Shown here piece after piece: positions 61,201-64,000 of a DNA stretch of 64,000 nt. Made by a program: the position numbers and the translations under genes. Below the pieces are notes generated by a model. The model ran no database searches. It worked only from the letters and a program-made list of their open reading frames with translations, and was not told the DNA's origin. Each line of letters opens with the position of its first letter. Position 1 is the first letter of the stretch. The stretch spans positions 1-64,000 of the forward strand of contig MU626294.1 in assembly GCA_025603075.1 (NCBI GenBank). Direction: 5' to 3'. This DNA comes from Neoconidiobolus thromboides FSU 785. Its lineage: Eukaryota; Fungi; Entomophthoromycota.

Positions 61201-62199
61201 AATAAATTATAAAAGAATATTTTTCTATAACACTTTCTTTTTACATTTGGTAAGAAGATTATTTGGTGGTTATTCTTTAATGTTGATATATTAGCTTGTT
61301 TAAAATAAAATGGCTGCTTTTTATTTTCATAAAAGGATGGGATGGCTGTAACTGGTCTTGGGGGATAGTTTGGAATTTTAAAATATTATTATGTTATATG
61401 ACCTAAAGCTTCTTAAACTATTGCTTCAAATATCTTAATTTTACAAACATTTTTTTTAAATATTGACCCTTTATTTTTAATAGTGCCACTGAGAAAGTTG
61501 CTATTTTCGAAAGTAGGTTGGAGGGAATTTAGAATTTTTGCAGTTTTTATAACTGGTCTTTTTTAGTATTTTACAAAGTAATTTGATACTTAAAATAATG
61601 ATAACATAAAACCACTTACTACTACTACTTATCTTTATTATTATTGACGTTTATTTGATTATTTAATTATTACTGTTGTATTTTCCATTTTTTATACACT
61701 TGTAGAAAAGGTGTAGGATATTGAATTAAAGTAATTGCTCGAATACCTAGGGGTTTTAAATTTTATTTATATAGTAATGTCAATACAACTAAGTGCGAAA
61801 TAACAGGGACATTCGATTTCCTAATTGATATAGATTTTTTAAGAAACAAGGACTACTAGTTAAGTATAAATAATATAAATAATATTTAATTGGCTATAAC
61901 TATTTTTGTAAATTATGAATTGTAAACATTAATGAAATGAAATCCATCTTATTTAACAAAGGTCAATTGTCAATTATAGCCAAGTGCTAAATAACATATT
62001 AACTTTTTCAGCTGTTATTTTTAAAATTAAAAAAAACTAATAAAAGTTTACTAATATTTTTAAATCTATTTATTTAGTAAAAAAATATGTTTATTTATTT
62101 TGAATAAAAATAAAATTTGAATGAAATAAAGATTAAAATTAATGGCAAACAATAAGAAGCTAAATAATATAATAGAATTATATTATTTAGACCAACTAG

Positions 62200-63426
62200 T
62201 TAACAGGTATGTTTAACAGGTTGATGTAAGTCTATCCAACCTTGATCAACAGCCATTAAGAAATCCCATTCAGGTGATTTTTCAGCTTTAAAGTTCCAAA
62301 AGAACCAACCAGACCCAGCTTGTTCATAAACAGCAATTTGTTGCATAGCAAAATTTTTCAAAAATTGACGATGTTCTGGAGAATAAGTAGCCAATTCATC
62401 TTTATCTCGACATGTACAACCAGGGCAAGCTGGTCCTTTTCCTGCATCTAAAGTACCATCGTATCTGGCACCTCTATTGAAACCATTTAACCATTTTGTA
62501 CAATCGGTACTTGCTAATGACCATTCACCTACAATGGTCCATAATTTCTGATTAGATTGAGCAATATCACCATATCTTGCACATGGTAATCTCAAATGTT
62601 GATCCTTAGACATTGAAACTAAACCATATTCAAATACTTGATAATAATGAGTATCTAATAACACATTAGAATATTGAGGATCATCTCTTAAGTAAGTCCA
62701 TTGATTTAAGGGTTTAAAAGCATCATGAACATTAACTAAAACACTCTTAGATTTGTTTCGAATAATGTTATGACCATCTAAATAAAACTTTTGTAATTTA
62801 GCCATATCTAATGACCAACCAGCAGGCTCATTAACTAATTCAATAGCAGCTACAACGCTTTCATATTCATTACCAACATAATTATCAGTTAAATATTTAA
62901 TAATATTTAACATTCTAGTAATATTTTCATCTTTGTTAAAGAAACCAATATCCCCTCTTTTACCAGAATTATCAAACCCATTTTGAGAACCTGGGGCACC
63001 ATGAATATCAATAATAACTTTTAAATTATACTGTCTAGCCCAATTAATAGCTTTTGTTAAATAAGGTAATTGACCTTGAACATAAGGTTCACCCCCGGAT
63101 ATATCAAAGGCCCAATAACCAATAGGTATACGGATATGATTAATACCGCTTCTGGCTAATTTTGATATATCATTTTCAGTTACCCAAGTATCCCAATGTT
63201 GAATTAACTGTCTTTTAGCTTCATTAGCACCTAATTTTTGGCAAAATTCCCATTCATCCACGGCCCCATTAGGTTGGCCTTCAAATTGTCGAAATAAAGA
63301 GGGATTGATCCAAGGCTCTAATACTAACCAACCACCTAAATTAACACCACGTATCTTATCAACACCATAATTAAAACTTTTAACAATATTAAATAAGGAA
63401 TAAAAGGTAATTAAAAATAATTTCAT
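62200..63426 (-). CDS. EXG1: Secreted GH5 exo-beta-1,3-glucanase (Exg1-like)
   Basis: RGVNLGGWLVLEPWI, RIPIGYW, DIHGAPGSQNGFDNSG, acid/base NEP, nucleophile GEWS, GWFFWNFK. Confidence 0.93.
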   Translation of the reverse strand: MKLFLITFYSLFNIVKSFNYGVDKIRGVNLGGWLVLEPWINPSLFRQFEGQPNGAVDEWEFCQKLGANEAKRQLIQHWDTWVTENDISKLARSGINHIRIPIGYWAFDISGGEPYVQGQLPYLTKAINWARQYNLKVIIDIHGAPGSQNGFDNSGKRGDIGFFNKDENITRMLNIIKYLTDNYVGNEYESVVAAIELVNEPAGWSLDMAKLQKFYLDGHNIIRNKSKSVLVNVHDAFKPLNQWTYLRDDPQYSNVLLDTHYYQVFEYGLVSMSKDQHLRLPCARYGDIAQSNQKLWTIVGEWSLASTDCTKWLNGFNRGARYDGTLDAGKGPACPGCTCRDKDELATYSPEHRQFLKNFAMQQIAVYEQAGSGWFFWNFKAEKSPEWDFLMAVDQGWIDLHQPVKHTC

Positions 63427-64000
63427 CTTTTAAAAGTATTATTATAAAAAATAAAATTGGATTTTTTGTATTTTGGGGTTTATATATAAATTTGTTGATA
63501 CTATTCTTAATTTTAGTTACTTTTATTGATATTCGTTACTTGTTTTTCATTTGTATAAACTTTTATTTTTTCTATATTAATTTTACTTAGTTAAACTATT
63601 AGATTATTATATCAATTAACCGCTGATAAGCAATTCTAACAGTTAGCTGATCCACTTAATCTATTACTATATTTAGTAATCTTCTTACAAGTCGATGCCG
63701 AACATTTTCAATTACACGTTAATTAAAAAAAATCATTATTGTCATTTATATAATTGTAGTTAAGCCTTGATATTCCAGGGATCAAACCAATTAACTTTAA
63801 AATATTTAAAAATAAGCCAATTATACCCAACTTTCTCCATCAAGTTACACAAGTTGAATTTAACAATTTTAAATTATGTTTATTATAGTAGTGAGAATGT
63901 GAACGATTACTGTATTTATTATAAGTTACTAGCGTTTTTAAATGAAATATTTAATAATAATAATAATCAATAAATAGTTTAACAATTAAAAATACTTCCC

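Overview
Very AT-rich eukaryotic nuclear DNA with standard genetic code and short (about 50-80 nt) GT-AG introns. The gene content (Zn2Cys6 factor, GH18 chitinases, GH5 glucanase, class-A-like GPCRs, YEATS2) points to an early-diverging fungus, probably Entomophthoromycotina (Conidiobolus-like); this is inference. The first ~30 kb look accessory: an inverted duplication of a head-to-head pair of small secreted Gly/Leu-rich precursor genes (A/B and B'/A') enclosing a chitinase and a rhodopsin-like GPCR, next to a Zn2Cys6 regulator, then an F-box gene, an MFS carrier, two more GPCRs, several decayed ORFs and 13 of the 14 copies of a ~97 bp MITE with 4-bp AWWT target duplications. From ~31 to 57 kb are housekeeping genes: CPA1 with an arginine attenuator peptide uORF missing from the ORF track, ALDH, WW protein, YEATS2-like, symplekin C-half, second chitinase, mitochondrial HMG, BCK1, acyl-CoA synthetase and a Pho80-like cyclin. 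A decayed tandem array and a GH5 exo-glucanase close the window. Best leads: the duplicated two-peptide secreted cassette around a GPCR, opsin-like Glu3.28 plus a TM7 lysine in two GPCRs, the overlapping AAP uORF, and the self-stacking Sola-like MITE. All family assignments come from motif recognition by eye; no searches were run.
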